DNA from: Terriglobia bacterium
GTDB taxonomy: Bacteria > Acidobacteriota > Terriglobia > JAJPHL01 > JAPKYU01
Reading direction: 5' to 3'
DNA: 64,000 nt
Assembly (NCBI GenBank): GCA_965206645.1
Contig: CBDBKE010000001.1
Location: forward strand, 128,001 to 192,000
A model generated the notes under the pieces. That model was not told the origin of the DNA. It searched no databases and saw only the letters and a program-made list of their open reading frames with translations. Positions 49,521 through 59,458 of this stretch are shown piece by piece. Every line of letters starts with the position of its first letter. The stretch's first letter is position 1. A program made the position numbers and the translations under genes.

Positions 49521-50345
49521 ATGAAGCTGGCCAGCTACAGGTGGAACGACGAAACGCACTGCGGAGTTTTCTCCGACGGGCGGCTGTACCGTCTGGGGAG
49601 CCGAATCGCCGAATTCCTCCGGGGCGCGCAGCCCCCGCAGCTTCCTGACCTCGGCTCGCTGCCCTCGGCGGCGCTGGAGGAGGTGCAGCTGCTGGCGCCG
49701 GTGCCAGATCCGGAGAAGATTATCTGCATCGGCCTGAACTACCGCGAGCACGCCCGCGAGGCGGGATTGGAACCTCCCAAGTATCCGATGTTCTTCGCTA
49801 AGTACCGCAACGCGCTGGCTGGTCCCTATGATCCGATCGTGCTGCCGCGCGTCTCCAGCAAAGTGGATTACGAAGCCGAGCTGGCGGTGGTGATGGGCAA
49901 GGCTGGCAAGCACATCCCGGAGGAGCATGCCCTGGAGTATGTGGCCGGCTACATGGCTTTAAACGACGTCAGCGCACGCGACTTTCAGCGCCGCACGTCC
50001 CAGTTTCTCCAGGGCAAGACCTTCGACACCTTCGCACCCTGCGGGCCGTTTCTGGTGACGGCCGATGAGGTGCCGGACCCGCACGCTCTGGCCATCCGCT
50101 TGCGCCTGAATGGCCAACTGATGCAGGATTCCAGCACGCGCGACTTCATCTTCACGATCCCGCAGTTGATCGCCTACCTCTCCGACATCTTCACCTTTGC
50201 GCCGGGCGACATCATTTCTACCGGTACCCCGCACGGGGTGGGCTATGTGCGCAAGCCACCGGTGTATCTAAAATCGGGGGATATGGTGGAGGTGGAAGTC
50301 GAGCAAGCGGGTACGTTGCGTAACCCGGTGGTCGCCGAAGCCTGA
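49521..50345 (+). CDS. Fumarylacetoacetate hydrolase family protein
   Basis: ICIGLNYREH, DYEAEL, NDVSARD, GKTFDTF, STGTP. ATG 49521. Confidence 0.95.
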   Translation: MKLASYRWNDETHCGVFSDGRLYRLGSRIAEFLRGAQPPQLPDLGSLPSAALEEVQLLAPVPDPEKIICIGLNYREHAREAGLEPPKYPMFFAKYRNALAGPYDPIVLPRVSSKVDYEAELAVVMGKAGKHIPEEHALEYVAGYMALNDVSARDFQRRTSQFLQGKTFDTFAPCGPFLVTADEVPDPHALAIRLRLNGQLMQDSSTRDFIFTIPQLIAYLSDIFTFAPGDIISTGTPHGVGYVRKPPVYLKSGDMVEVEVEQAGTLRNPVVAEA

Positions 50346-50445
50346 GGAGTTCTCCCTTCCGCGGCCGCCAGCGCACCTGCCGTTGGCGAATCTGCCGCCC
50401 AGACAGTGTTAGGGAGCGGTCGCTGCCTAGTCGTCCCCCGCCCGC

Positions 50446-50727
50446 TTAGGGGTCGCAGCGCACGCTGGTGGGAGGCGTCCGGGAGCAGCGGATGCTGTCG
50501 GTCATCCCGGCGGCCAGGAACGCGCAGGCGTTGTCGGTGGCAGTCCGCTGCGCTTCTTCGCGTGTGGCCCCGGCCGCGCTGCGGCACTTGGTCTGCCTGT
50601 CGAACTCGATGCACACCTCGCAGGTGTACTGGCTCAAACCCATGCTGGCGTAGAGGATCAGCAGCAGGACGGCAACGCCAAAGGCGGCCGCCGCCACCTT
50701 CGCCCGGGTTCGCGCGTTCCCCGCCAT
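50446..50727 (-). CDS. Small membrane-anchored Cys-rich hypothetical protein
   Basis: One TM followed by six Cys in about 60 aa. Confidence 0.75.
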   Translation of the reverse strand: MAGNARTRAKVAAAAFGVAVLLLILYASMGLSQYTCEVCIEFDRQTKCRSAAGATREEAQRTATDNACAFLAAGMTDSIRCSRTPPTSVRCDP

Positions 50728-50812
50728 GGCTTCACCTTAGCAGAAGAACAGGCCAACGGGAATTGATGTCCGCTCGCGCTGGCCGAGGCCGCCGCGCAGC
50801 AAGGGGCACGGC

Positions 50813-50844
50813 CCGAGCCACGAGCGTAAGCGAGTGGTCACGCC
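50813..50844. repeat. REP-like palindromic unit, copy 2
   Basis: ccgagccacgagcgtaagcgagtggtcacgcc, overlapping the rsmD stop. Confidence 0.6.
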
Positions 50845-51437
50845 GGACATTTTTCCTGAGTTTTTGTGTCCGCAGATGGCGGCGATTCCATGTCGCCGAG
50901 GCGGTAAAGGCTGAGGGTACTGGAGCCTTGCTCGAGGATGCGAAAGCAGGCCAGGCCGGCGTAACACGGCTCGAGCGACCAGCGACGGGCGTGCTCGGCA
51001 ATCACCACGGCACCGGGACGAAGCAACGGGCTGCGGCCCAGGTACCTCAAGACACGATGGTACTCCGGCAGGGCCGCATAGGGGGGATCGAGGAATACGA
51101 AGTCAGCCGGATGCGTGGCGCCCTTGAGCGCCCGCAACACGTCCCGCTCCATTACGGCTGAGCGTTGCTCGAGTCCCAAGGCAGCAATATTGAGGCGCAG
51201 CACGCGTGCCGCCTCCCGGCGGCCCTCCAGGAACACGGCAAAGGCCGCTCCGCGGCTCAGTGCTTCCAGGCCGACCGCCCCGCTGCCGGCAAAGCAGTCG
51301 TACCAGACCGAGCCCACGACGTTGGTCCCGAGCACATTAAAAAGAGTCCCGCGGAGCTTGTCGCTGGTGGGCCGGGTTGCCTGCCCGGCAATGGTTTTCA
51401 GCCGACGGCTGCGAAATTCTCCGGCGATAATCCGCAT
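50838..51437 (-). CDS. rsmD: 16S rRNA m2G966 methyltransferase RsmD
   Basis: MRIIAG, RPT.DKLR, FAGSGAVGLEALSRGA, FLDPPY. Confidence 0.96.
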   Translation of the reverse strand: MRIIAGEFRSRRLKTIAGQATRPTSDKLRGTLFNVLGTNVVGSVWYDCFAGSGAVGLEALSRGAAFAVFLEGRREAARVLRLNIAALGLEQRSAVMERDVLRALKGATHPADFVFLDPPYAALPEYHRVLRYLGRSPLLRPGAVVIAEHARRWSLEPCYAGLACFRILEQGSSTLSLYRLGDMESPPSADTKTQEKCPA

Positions 51438-51481
51438 GGGCGGACTCTAGGGTCTCCCCCAATACCTCGGGTCTTCAGTTT

Positions 51482-51517
51482 CCGGCCCCGATTGCTCAGC
51501 CGGCCCCGATTGCTCAG
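51482..51517. repeat. Perfect 18-bp tandem duplication at the recG stop
   Basis: ccggccccgattgctcag x2. Confidence 0.9.
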
Positions 51518-53646
51518 CCCACTTGGATGAGGCCATAGCGCCGCCACCAATGCTCTCGGACGTAGTTCACCAGGGCCACAGCTTGCTCGCGCGAGGGTGG
51601 TTGCTCGATGAATTGCACAGCATGGCCGCGAGCCAGTTCCAGGATTTCGCGGTCGCGCAGCAGATCGGCAACACGGAAGGCCGGCAGGCCCGACTGGCGT
51701 GTGCCGACAAACTCGCCCGGACCGCGGAGCGCCAAATCGGTCTCGGCAATCTCGAAACCATCCTGCGTGCGCACCAGTACCCCGATGCGCTCTCGGGCCT
51801 CCTCGGTTAGCGGTTCAGAGCTCAGCAGGATGCAGTAGGACTTTTCCCGGCCGCGGCCCACTCGCCCGCGCAACTGATGCAGTTGCGCCAGACCGAAGCG
51901 TTCGGCGTGCTCGATCACCATTACGGTGGCGTTGGGCACGTCCACGCCGACCTCCACCACGGTGGTGCAGACCAGCACCTGGATTCGGCCGGCCTTGAAG
52001 CCGGTCATCGCGCGTTCCTTCTCCTCGGCCGAGAGGCGACCGTGCAGCAGGCCCAGCCGCAACTCGGGGAAGACTTGGCGGGACAAGCGGTCGTACATTT
52101 CCAGCGCGCTCTTTAGGTCGGTTTTCTCCGACTCCTCCACCAGTGGGTAGACGATGTAAGCCTGACGCCCGGCGGCTGCCTCCTTTCGGACGAACTCGTA
52201 GACCTCGCCGGCGCGGCTGTCCCGAGCGTGCCGGGTCACGATCGCCCGCCGCCCTGGCGGCAGCTCGTCAATCACGGAAACGTCCAGTTCGCCGTAGAGC
52301 GTCAGAGCCAGAGTGCGCGGAATCGGAGTGGCGGTCATCACCAACGTGTCGGGCCAGGACCCTTTCTGCATCAGGCGCAGCCGCTGCAACACTCCGAAGC
52401 GGTGCTGCTCGTCCACAATCACCAGGCCCAGGGCGGCAAACTCCACGGCCTGCTCCAGCAGGGCGTGGGTGCCGACGACGATGTGGATCAGCTTCTCGCG
52501 GATCAGGCGCTTCAGTTTGGCCTTTTCCCCTGCAGTGGCGGCGCTGGTCAGCAGCACGACCTGGTAGCCGGCAGCGCGCAGCAGGCTGCGGAAGTAGAGG
52601 TAGTGCTGGGCGGCCAGGATTTCAGTGGGCGCCATCACCGCTACCTGGTAGCCGTTTTCGATGGCGACCACGGCGGCCTGCAGCCCCACGATGGTCTTGC
52701 CGCTGCCGACATCTCCCTGCAACATCCGGTTCATCGGCTGGGGCGCAGCCATGTCGGCTGCGATCTCCTTCAACACGCGCTTCTGCGCCGCGGTTGGGTG
52801 GAAGGGCAGCACGGCCTTGATCTTTTCGCGGACGGTGTCGTTCAACTGGAACTGTACGCCGGGCGCCTGGCGCGCCTTCCGCCGCTTGAGCGCCGTGCCG
52901 GTTTCCAGGAAGAAAAATTCCTCGAAGATCAGGCGGAACTGCCAGGGGGAGCGGAAACGCTCCAGCTCCACGAGGTCGGTACCAGGGTCGGGGAAGTGCG
53001 CCTTGGCCAGCGCCTCCCAGCGGTGGGGGAGGCCCAGCGGCTCGCGTACCGCCGCCGGCAGCGGATCCTCCACCGTGCCCAGCTGGTCCATCACGGTGTA
53101 GATCAGGCGACGGAAGAAGCGGGAATTCAGCCGTCCGCTGCCAGCGGTTTCGTAGATGGGGACGATGCGTCCCACCTCCAGGGAGGGGCCCCCTGGCAGG
53201 GAGGGACCGGCCGGCTCGCCCTCGCCGTCGCCGGCCACCACCTCATACTGCGGGTGCATCATCTGGAGTTGGCGGCCGTATCGGTCTGCCTCCACGCGCC
53301 CGTGCACGGCCAGCACCTGGCCGGCGGTGATAATTTTCTTCAAATAGTCGGAGTTGAACCAGCGGCAGCGGAGGCGGTGGGACCCTTCGGCCAGCACCGC
53401 TTCAAAAATACTCTGTCGGCGGCGCCGGGGCTCATAGGCGCGCGCCCCGCGCACCTCAGCCACCACAGTTGCCGTTTCGCCCGGTTGGACCTGACGGAGG
53501 GTCCGCGGATGGGTGCGATCCTCGTACCGCCGTGGAATGTAATACAGCAAGTCCTCGACGGTGACAATTCTCTTGGTTTCCAGGATGCGGGCCCGCTCCG
53601 GCCCCACCCCTTTGATGTATTTCAACTCGGTGGCCAGCGTCAGCAT
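51514..53646 (-). CDS. recG: ATP-dependent DNA helicase RecG
   Basis: QGDVGSGKT, DEQHRFG, MTATPIPRT, QLHQLRGRVGRG. ATG 53646. Confidence 0.98.
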   Translation of the reverse strand: MLTLATELKYIKGVGPERARILETKRIVTVEDLLYYIPRRYEDRTHPRTLRQVQPGETATVVAEVRGARAYEPRRRRQSIFEAVLAEGSHRLRCRWFNSDYLKKIITAGQVLAVHGRVEADRYGRQLQMMHPQYEVVAGDGEGEPAGPSLPGGPSLEVGRIVPIYETAGSGRLNSRFFRRLIYTVMDQLGTVEDPLPAAVREPLGLPHRWEALAKAHFPDPGTDLVELERFRSPWQFRLIFEEFFFLETGTALKRRKARQAPGVQFQLNDTVREKIKAVLPFHPTAAQKRVLKEIAADMAAPQPMNRMLQGDVGSGKTIVGLQAAVVAIENGYQVAVMAPTEILAAQHYLYFRSLLRAAGYQVVLLTSAATAGEKAKLKRLIREKLIHIVVGTHALLEQAVEFAALGLVIVDEQHRFGVLQRLRLMQKGSWPDTLVMTATPIPRTLALTLYGELDVSVIDELPPGRRAIVTRHARDSRAGEVYEFVRKEAAAGRQAYIVYPLVEESEKTDLKSALEMYDRLSRQVFPELRLGLLHGRLSAEEKERAMTGFKAGRIQVLVCTTVVEVGVDVPNATVMVIEHAERFGLAQLHQLRGRVGRGREKSYCILLSSEPLTEEARERIGVLVRTQDGFEIAETDLALRGPGEFVGTRQSGLPAFRVADLLRDREILELARGHAVQFIEQPPSREQAVALVNYVREHWWRRYGLIQVG

Positions 53647-53960
53647 GAGCTGTCCGGCGCAATGCGACTGTCCCCGCAACCGTCCCCGGTCGGCCCCGGC
53701 CGCCATCGAGAAACAACAGCCAGTTCCTATAGTACACTTTGTTGGGAATTGAACCGGGACCGAATCCATGACTTAATGCATGGCTTATTCGGCAGTTCTT
53801 ACCTTCACGAAACGTGCCATGCGCGGTATTGGCCGACCCAATTTGGACACCAGCCGGCCGTTTCTCGGGCTGAATGTGATGGAATGCTCCCCGACGCCAA
53901 GAGCAAGTGCGGAGCGCTTCCGCGACTTTATGTGCCAGCTTTGTTTCTGACGCTGCTCCG

Positions 53961-55241
53961 GTGACCCTCCCTTCAGGCAAGGTCGGTGGCTTGGCTGTCA
54001 GTTGGCGGGATCGCTACCCTCTCTACGCCGCCGCTGCTTCCTTCTACCTGCTGGCGTTGGCGAACGTGGCCGTGCTGTTCTCGATTTTTCTCAGCCAGAC
54101 CCTGCTGGCGCTGGGCTTGATCGCCCTGGTGCTGGGACGCCAGAAACTCCAAGCGCCGCCACCGATGCTCCCGCTGGGGCTGTTCGTTCTTTGGACGCTC
54201 GCCTCGCTGGCTCTTTCCCCGCAGCCGGTACTGGGTCTCCCTCAGATAAAGAAGTTTTACATCTTCCTGGTCCTGGTGGGGGCCTACAGCGCATTTCGCA
54301 ACGTGGTGCAGGTCCACCGCGTCTTCCGGGCGCTGTTTGTCGCGGCTTCGGCGGCGGCCGTGCTGGCCATCGCCGAGTTCGGTCTTTACTACCAGAGCCT
54401 GCACTCAAACCCCGATTTTTACACATATTACGCTCAGTCACGCATCACCGGCTTCATGAGTCACTGGCAGACCTTCAGCGGCGAGCAGATGCTGGTGCTG
54501 GCGGTCCTGCTGGCCTTCCTGCTGGCCTCCAGCGTGCGGCCGTGGTGGACCTGGGCAGCCGCGGCCCTCATCAGCCTGTCGCTTCTGCTGGCATTCACTC
54601 GCGGCGTCTGGCTGGGCTGCCTGGCGGCGCTGGTCTACCTGCTGTGGGACCTCCGCCGGCGCTGGTTGCCAGCGATCCCGGTGGCGCTGGTGTTGCTCTA
54701 CCTGGTTTCGCCGCCCCTGGTCCAATTGCGAGTGCGTTCATTGTTCAGCACGAAGTCGGAAGACCCCATCCGCGCGCGCGTTCTGATGACCCACACGGGA
54801 CTGAATATGATCCGGCAGCATCCGCTGTTTGGCATCGGTCCCAACCGCGTGCAGTACTGTTTCGACGAGTATCGGCCGCCTCCCCTCGGCCCGAAGCCGG
54901 AAGCCTATTACGGGCACCTCCACAGCAATTACCTGCAGATCGCCGCCGAGCGCGGGTTACCGTGCCTGGCCTTTTTCCTTTGGCTGCTGCTGGCAGCTCT
55001 CCGCGACCAGCGACAGCTCGCCCCGCGTCTGGCCCCTCAATACCGCTACATCGCGCACGGGATCGGGGCCGCCGTGGTGGCGGTGCTGGTGGCGGGCGCC
55101 TTCGAGTACAACTTTGGCGATTCGGAAGTAGCCATGCTGCTGCTGTTTTACCTGAGCCATGGGTACACGGTGCGTCGCGGGTTGGAACAGGCCAGCGAGC
55201 CGCCACAGCCGGCTGAAGTGGCTGCGTTGCGGGATGGCTAG
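53961..55241 (+). CDS. O-antigen ligase (WaaL/Wzy_C) family protein
   Basis: Many TMs; FTRGVW, HPLFGIGP, HLHSNYLQIAAERG. Start uncertain. Confidence 0.88.
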   Translation: MTLPSGKVGGLAVSWRDRYPLYAAAASFYLLALANVAVLFSIFLSQTLLALGLIALVLGRQKLQAPPPMLPLGLFVLWTLASLALSPQPVLGLPQIKKFYIFLVLVGAYSAFRNVVQVHRVFRALFVAASAAAVLAIAEFGLYYQSLHSNPDFYTYYAQSRITGFMSHWQTFSGEQMLVLAVLLAFLLASSVRPWWTWAAAALISLSLLLAFTRGVWLGCLAALVYLLWDLRRRWLPAIPVALVLLYLVSPPLVQLRVRSLFSTKSEDPIRARVLMTHTGLNMIRQHPLFGIGPNRVQYCFDEYRPPPLGPKPEAYYGHLHSNYLQIAAERGLPCLAFFLWLLLAALRDQRQLAPRLAPQYRYIAHGIGAAVVAVLVAGAFEYNFGDSEVAMLLLFYLSHGYTVRRGLEQASEPPQPAEVAALRDG

Positions 55242-55366
55242 TGGCGGAGTCCCGAGGGCATAGACAACGGACTGGGAGGAAACAGCATCGCGCTGCGTTC
55301 TGTGCTGATTGTTCAACGCTGCTGCAGCGCAACCGCAGCGCGAGAGGTTAGGAAGGTAGGTTCCAG

Positions 55367-56221
55367 ATGGTGTCCCGTTTTCTCGACGAACAACAGGTGG
55401 TGCGCTACCGTCAATTCCACTTCGATTTTCCCGAGCGCACTTTGGCTGGCAAGGTGGTGCTGGTCGCCGGCGGCTCGGGCGGGCTCGGCAGCGCTACCGC
55501 TGCGATGCTGGTGAAGGAAGGGGCCACGGTCGTGCTCGGCTACCGCACTAACCGCGCGCGCGCCGAGGCGCTGGCCACAGCGCTGGCAACCTACGGCAGC
55601 GGGTGCGTACACCTAGTGGAGGGCGACCTAAGGGAAGCCTCTGCCCGCCAGCGCTATCTGGCGGCCGCCGACCAGGGGGAGCTCTACGGCCTGGTCAGCT
55701 TCGTAGGAGATCCCGCACGGCTGCCCCCCGGTGCGCCCGCCGGCGAGCAAGGGCATGAAGCTTTGCAGCAATCTCTGGAAGCCTCGTGGGGCCTGAATTT
55801 TCTCGCCCCGGTCTTGCTGGCGCGCCTGGCGGGCGAACGGATGTTGTCGGCCGGCACGCCCGGCAGCATCGTGCTGTTTTCCACCATGCAGGCGGTGAGC
55901 GTCTTCGAGGGCAGCGTCTCTTACGCGGCTCCTAAGTCCGCGCTGATTCACGCAGCCAAGATCCTGGGTAAGGAATGGGGCGGGGAGGCCAACATCCGGG
56001 TGAACGTCGTGGCGCCCGGTGCCACGATCGCCGGCATGGCCGAGGGCAGCATCCGCAGCGGCAAATACGATGTGTACGTGGAGAGAGGAATCGTCCCGCG
56101 GTTTGGCCGTCCCGAGGACATTGCCCGTGCCGTCCGCTTCCTGCTGGAGCCGGACAACTACGTCACCGGGCAGGTGCTGACGGTGGACGGCGGCCTCACG
56201 CCGCGCCGCGACCTCCGCTGA
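55367..56221 (+). CDS. SDR family oxidoreductase
   Basis: AGGSGGLG, YAAPK, IRVNVVAPG, VTGQVLTVDGG. Confidence 0.92.
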   Translation: MVSRFLDEQQVVRYRQFHFDFPERTLAGKVVLVAGGSGGLGSATAAMLVKEGATVVLGYRTNRARAEALATALATYGSGCVHLVEGDLREASARQRYLAAADQGELYGLVSFVGDPARLPPGAPAGEQGHEALQQSLEASWGLNFLAPVLLARLAGERMLSAGTPGSIVLFSTMQAVSVFEGSVSYAAPKSALIHAAKILGKEWGGEANIRVNVVAPGATIAGMAEGSIRSGKYDVYVERGIVPRFGRPEDIARAVRFLLEPDNYVTGQVLTVDGGLTPRRDLR

Positions 56222-56453
56222 ATGCGCAGCTCGGCCAACGGGTGTCGTATTGCGCAAGTTTCGAGCCGCCAGTGTGAACCATTATCAAGCTATGGCACTT
56301 TCTACGCGGTTGAGGCTTCTTCCAGGTGAATGACACGAAGGGAGGGATGACACGAAGGGCGAGGAAGCGCGCTAACATCGCACAGCCTTGCTCTCCGCGC
56401 ACCCCCTGATTCCATTTCGCGGCGGTTCAGAGAAATACCGGCCACCGACTGAG

Positions 56454-56837
56454 TCAGCGGGCCAGGCGGGAGGCCCGAGCAACATCGGAAACGCACAACA
56501 CAGTGTTCACCTTCCTACCGGTTCCGCCGCTGGCGTAGGCGTAATCAATATTGATGCCGGCGACGGCCAACTTCTCAGCGACTGCGGCCAACGCCCCGGG
56601 TTTGTCCGGCAATGCGACCACCAGCACGTCCTCTTCCGTGGGGTCCAAGCCCTGGGCCTGCAAAGCCTTCTTGGCGCGGGCAGGGCTGTTCACCAGCAGG
56701 CGGATCGGACTTCGGTCACCGCTTCCCACGCAGATCAGCCCCGTGATGTTCACCTTGCTGTCGGCCAGCGTGCGGACCACATGGGCCAATGTCCCAACAG
56801 CGTCCGGCACATAAACGGTCAGTTGTTTGGCTTTCAT
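56454..56837 (-). CDS. Tandem ACT domain protein
   Basis: Two ACT repeats (D.VGTLA...VNI; DKPGALA...INIDYAY). Confidence 0.88.
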   Translation of the reverse strand: MKAKQLTVYVPDAVGTLAHVVRTLADSKVNITGLICVGSGDRSPIRLLVNSPARAKKALQAQGLDPTEEDVLVVALPDKPGALAAVAEKLAVAGINIDYAYASGGTGRKVNTVLCVSDVARASRLAR

Positions 56838-57055
56838 AGTAGCCCGAGAGTAGCACAAAGTCCGGCTGGGCAGGGATGGGTTAAGCCAATGCTAGCCAGG
56901 TTGGCGAGGCCTTTGCAGGGGCCCTGCAGCTTCACCCAAGATGCCACTTCGGATCGGGCCGGCTCCTGAACATGAGCACCTGCCCTACTCCGTGCATGAA
57001 GACCAGCAGGTTGCTGAGACCGGCACAGACTAAGAATCTTTGCGGCTGCGCGCAT

Positions 57056-57967
57056 TCAAAAGCTGATCAGGGCTTTGGCTTTCTCGCGGACTTGCCGTGC
57101 CCGAGCCGGTTTGCCGGCACGGGCGAAGGCATCGGCCAGCGTCTTCAAGATGTCGGCGTTCTTCCACCCGGTGGCCTCGGCGGCCGCCGTGGCCAGCTCG
57201 ACCGCGCGTTGTGGGTTTGCCAGGAGGGGGTCGGTGACGGTCAGAAACAGGCGTGCCAGGTTGTACTGTGCCATCAGCAGGTTGGGAGCTGCTTCCAGCG
57301 CTTTTTCGTAGGCGGCGATGGCCTCTGCCGGTCGTCCCATCTGTTCCCAAGTTTGGGCTTTTCCAAGCAAGCCCTCAGGATGGTTCGGCTTGAGGACGAG
57401 GGCCTGCGCGTACTGGGCGAGCGCCTCATCCCAGTCTTCAGCGCGGCGGTGGGAGTCAGCCAGAGAAAGCCGCGCGTTCCAGTCCCGGGGCGCCACATTG
57501 ACAGCTTTTGAAAAGGCGGCAATGGCCGTCGGATAATCCTTCTTTCTCATAGCCACGGTGCCCAGCGCCAAGTGCGGCTGGGGTATCCAACGGTTCTTTT
57601 CCACCGCACGGTGCGCCTGCTGTTCGGCTTCGACCAGCCGTCCCTGCCGCAGGTAGAGCCGGGCCAGAGACACTTCCAGCAGCGAGTCGGGAGCCAGCAG
57701 GCCCATCTTCTTGTATTCGGTTTCGGCTGCCTCAAGGTCACCGGCAGCCTCGTAGGCCAGTGCCAGCGCGTAGTGGGCTTCGGCGCTGGTCGGGTCAGCC
57801 TCCACGGCCTCTTTGGCCAGTGCCAGGGCCTGCTGCCATTCCCCTTGGCCAATCAGACGCCCGGCCTCAACTGCTTTCTTGTGCGCCTGGACAGAATCGA
57901 GCGGGGGCGCGGTGTCTTGGAGCAAGAGAAGGCTGAACAGCAGTGGAATGAGAAGCGACAGTCCCAT
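57056..57967 (-). CDS. Exported TPR-repeat protein
   Basis: Signal peptide; 34-aa A...Y/F..A....P repeats; C-terminal TLA.AFA..G. Confidence 0.88.
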   Translation of the reverse strand: MGLSLLIPLLFSLLLLQDTAPPLDSVQAHKKAVEAGRLIGQGEWQQALALAKEAVEADPTSAEAHYALALAYEAAGDLEAAETEYKKMGLLAPDSLLEVSLARLYLRQGRLVEAEQQAHRAVEKNRWIPQPHLALGTVAMRKKDYPTAIAAFSKAVNVAPRDWNARLSLADSHRRAEDWDEALAQYAQALVLKPNHPEGLLGKAQTWEQMGRPAEAIAAYEKALEAAPNLLMAQYNLARLFLTVTDPLLANPQRAVELATAAAEATGWKNADILKTLADAFARAGKPARARQVREKAKALISF

Positions 57968-58073
57968 CGTTGTCTCTCATCATACCCGACAAGGAGACCC
58001 GAAGGCCTGACAAAGAGATCCGAAGCTGCGTGCGTCGAATGAGTACCTAGGTGGTTGACCTGAGAACCGCCAG

Positions 58074-59228
58074 TTACCGCTCTGGCTGCCCGCGTTGCGC
58101 TTTGGCCTGCTGTAGCTCCGCGATTCCAGCCCGGACTTGATCGGCGTTGGGCGCCTTGGGGCTCTCTTGCAAAAAGGTGCGTAGTTGCTTTTCTGCTTTC
58201 TCCAGCTTCCCTTTCTGCCAGTAGATTTGGGCTAGCAACAGGTGGATCTGAGGCACCTGGCGATGCTCATGCCGGTCCGCTTGCAGAGCGCTCTTTTCGG
58301 CCTCCTCCACACGGCCCAGCGACAGGTTGGCGTAGGAGCGGAAGAAATGTCCCGGGCCCAGGGTGGGATAGAGCTGCAAGATCTTGCCCGACGTTTCCAG
58401 CAACCGCTGAGGCTCAGGGATTTGCATCCAAGCCAAGTTAACGTAAGCGCTCACCCAGTTGGGATCGGCGGCAATGGCGTGCTCGAAGGCTTTGAGCGCC
58501 TCCGTCTTCTGTTTTTTCCGTATGTAGATTGCTCCCATCTCGTTGAAGGCTTCCGCGTACTCAGGATAAATCTCGGTGGCTTTCTGAAGCCGCTGGAGAG
58601 CCTCGTCATACTTCTTCTTTCGGCCAGCCTTTCGAGCTTTGTTAAATTCCTTCCTGGCTTTCTCGGGAACTTTGAGGCTAGCCAGGCTGACGATGGTCCC
58701 GCTCCCGGTCGTTTCGCTGTCCGCAAATAGCCCTCTTCGGACGCCACGTTCCTGGATGATGATTGTGGCAGGGACGTTACCGAAGAAATCCACATCTTCT
58801 ACATATTCCCACCCGTTGCCCAGATGCACGTGGACCTCATACTGGCGGCCGGACTGCTGCTGCTGTTGCTGCTGAAACCGGAAGGTGCCATCCGATTGGG
58901 TAATGGTGCTGTCCACGCGCATCATGTCCCGGTAAAGGTCCACGCGCATGTGCAAAAGTGGGGGATCCACTATTCTGCCGGAGATGCCGCCTCCGAAGCG
59001 GCCAAACGGGTCGTTGCGTCCGAAGGGGTCTTGCCCGGGAGACCGGGGCGGCTGTATTCCCCGCTGCGGCCTGCCGGACTGTGGCTCCCTTCCGGGGGAG
59101 GGTTGGGAAGGGCGCGTCGGGGGCGTCTGCCCCTGTCCCGGGGTCGGCTGCTGGGCCCAGAGCACAGAAACACAAAGTAGCGATGCCAAGCCCACGTTTC
59201 GGGCCAGAACCACGTTTCGGATTCCCAT
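58074..59228 (-). CDS. Exported beta-sandwich + TPR protein, paralog A
   Basis: ATG 59228 (MGIRNVV), signal peptide, ISGRI...G.F.F, VS.ASL.VP.KA.KE, TPRs. The upstream ORF extension overlaps paralog B. Confidence 0.85.
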   Translation of the reverse strand: MGIRNVVLARNVGLASLLCVSVLWAQQPTPGQGQTPPTRPSQPSPGREPQSGRPQRGIQPPRSPGQDPFGRNDPFGRFGGGISGRIVDPPLLHMRVDLYRDMMRVDSTITQSDGTFRFQQQQQQQSGRQYEVHVHLGNGWEYVEDVDFFGNVPATIIIQERGVRRGLFADSETTGSGTIVSLASLKVPEKARKEFNKARKAGRKKKYDEALQRLQKATEIYPEYAEAFNEMGAIYIRKKQKTEALKAFEHAIAADPNWVSAYVNLAWMQIPEPQRLLETSGKILQLYPTLGPGHFFRSYANLSLGRVEEAEKSALQADRHEHRQVPQIHLLLAQIYWQKGKLEKAEKQLRTFLQESPKAPNADQVRAGIAELQQAKAQRGQPER

Positions 59229-59333
59229 AAGAAACCTCGCCGGTGGGGGATCTGCTGAGCCACAGCATACGCCCTCTTTCCTCGTGGGGCAACCTCGGAG
59301 TGTCCCAGTCCTCAGTCTTGGCCTCCGCCGAGT

Positions 59334-59410
59334 TTGAAGATCAAGATGTACCGGGTGGACAGCAGCTCTAGTAGGGCCTGAAATTTCCACGCGAAACGCT
59401 GGACTTCCTT
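59334..59410 (-). pseudogene. Fossil copy of the 3' end of the neighbouring methyltransferase gene
   Basis: Reads KEVQRFAWKFQALLELLSTRYILIFK versus KEVQRFGWKLEASPTVLPNQYILIFK at 60704-60780; colinear at a 1370-bp offset. Confidence 0.85.
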
Positions 59411-59458
59411 TAGCGCTGCCAACAGCGCGCACATAAGCTAGTGATTGATCGCGGCGGG

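Noticed and set aside
53740-53762. GGTTCAATTCCC on the minus strand as a tRNA T-arm
   Set aside because: The T-stem does not pair beyond two bases and no cloverleaf can be built.
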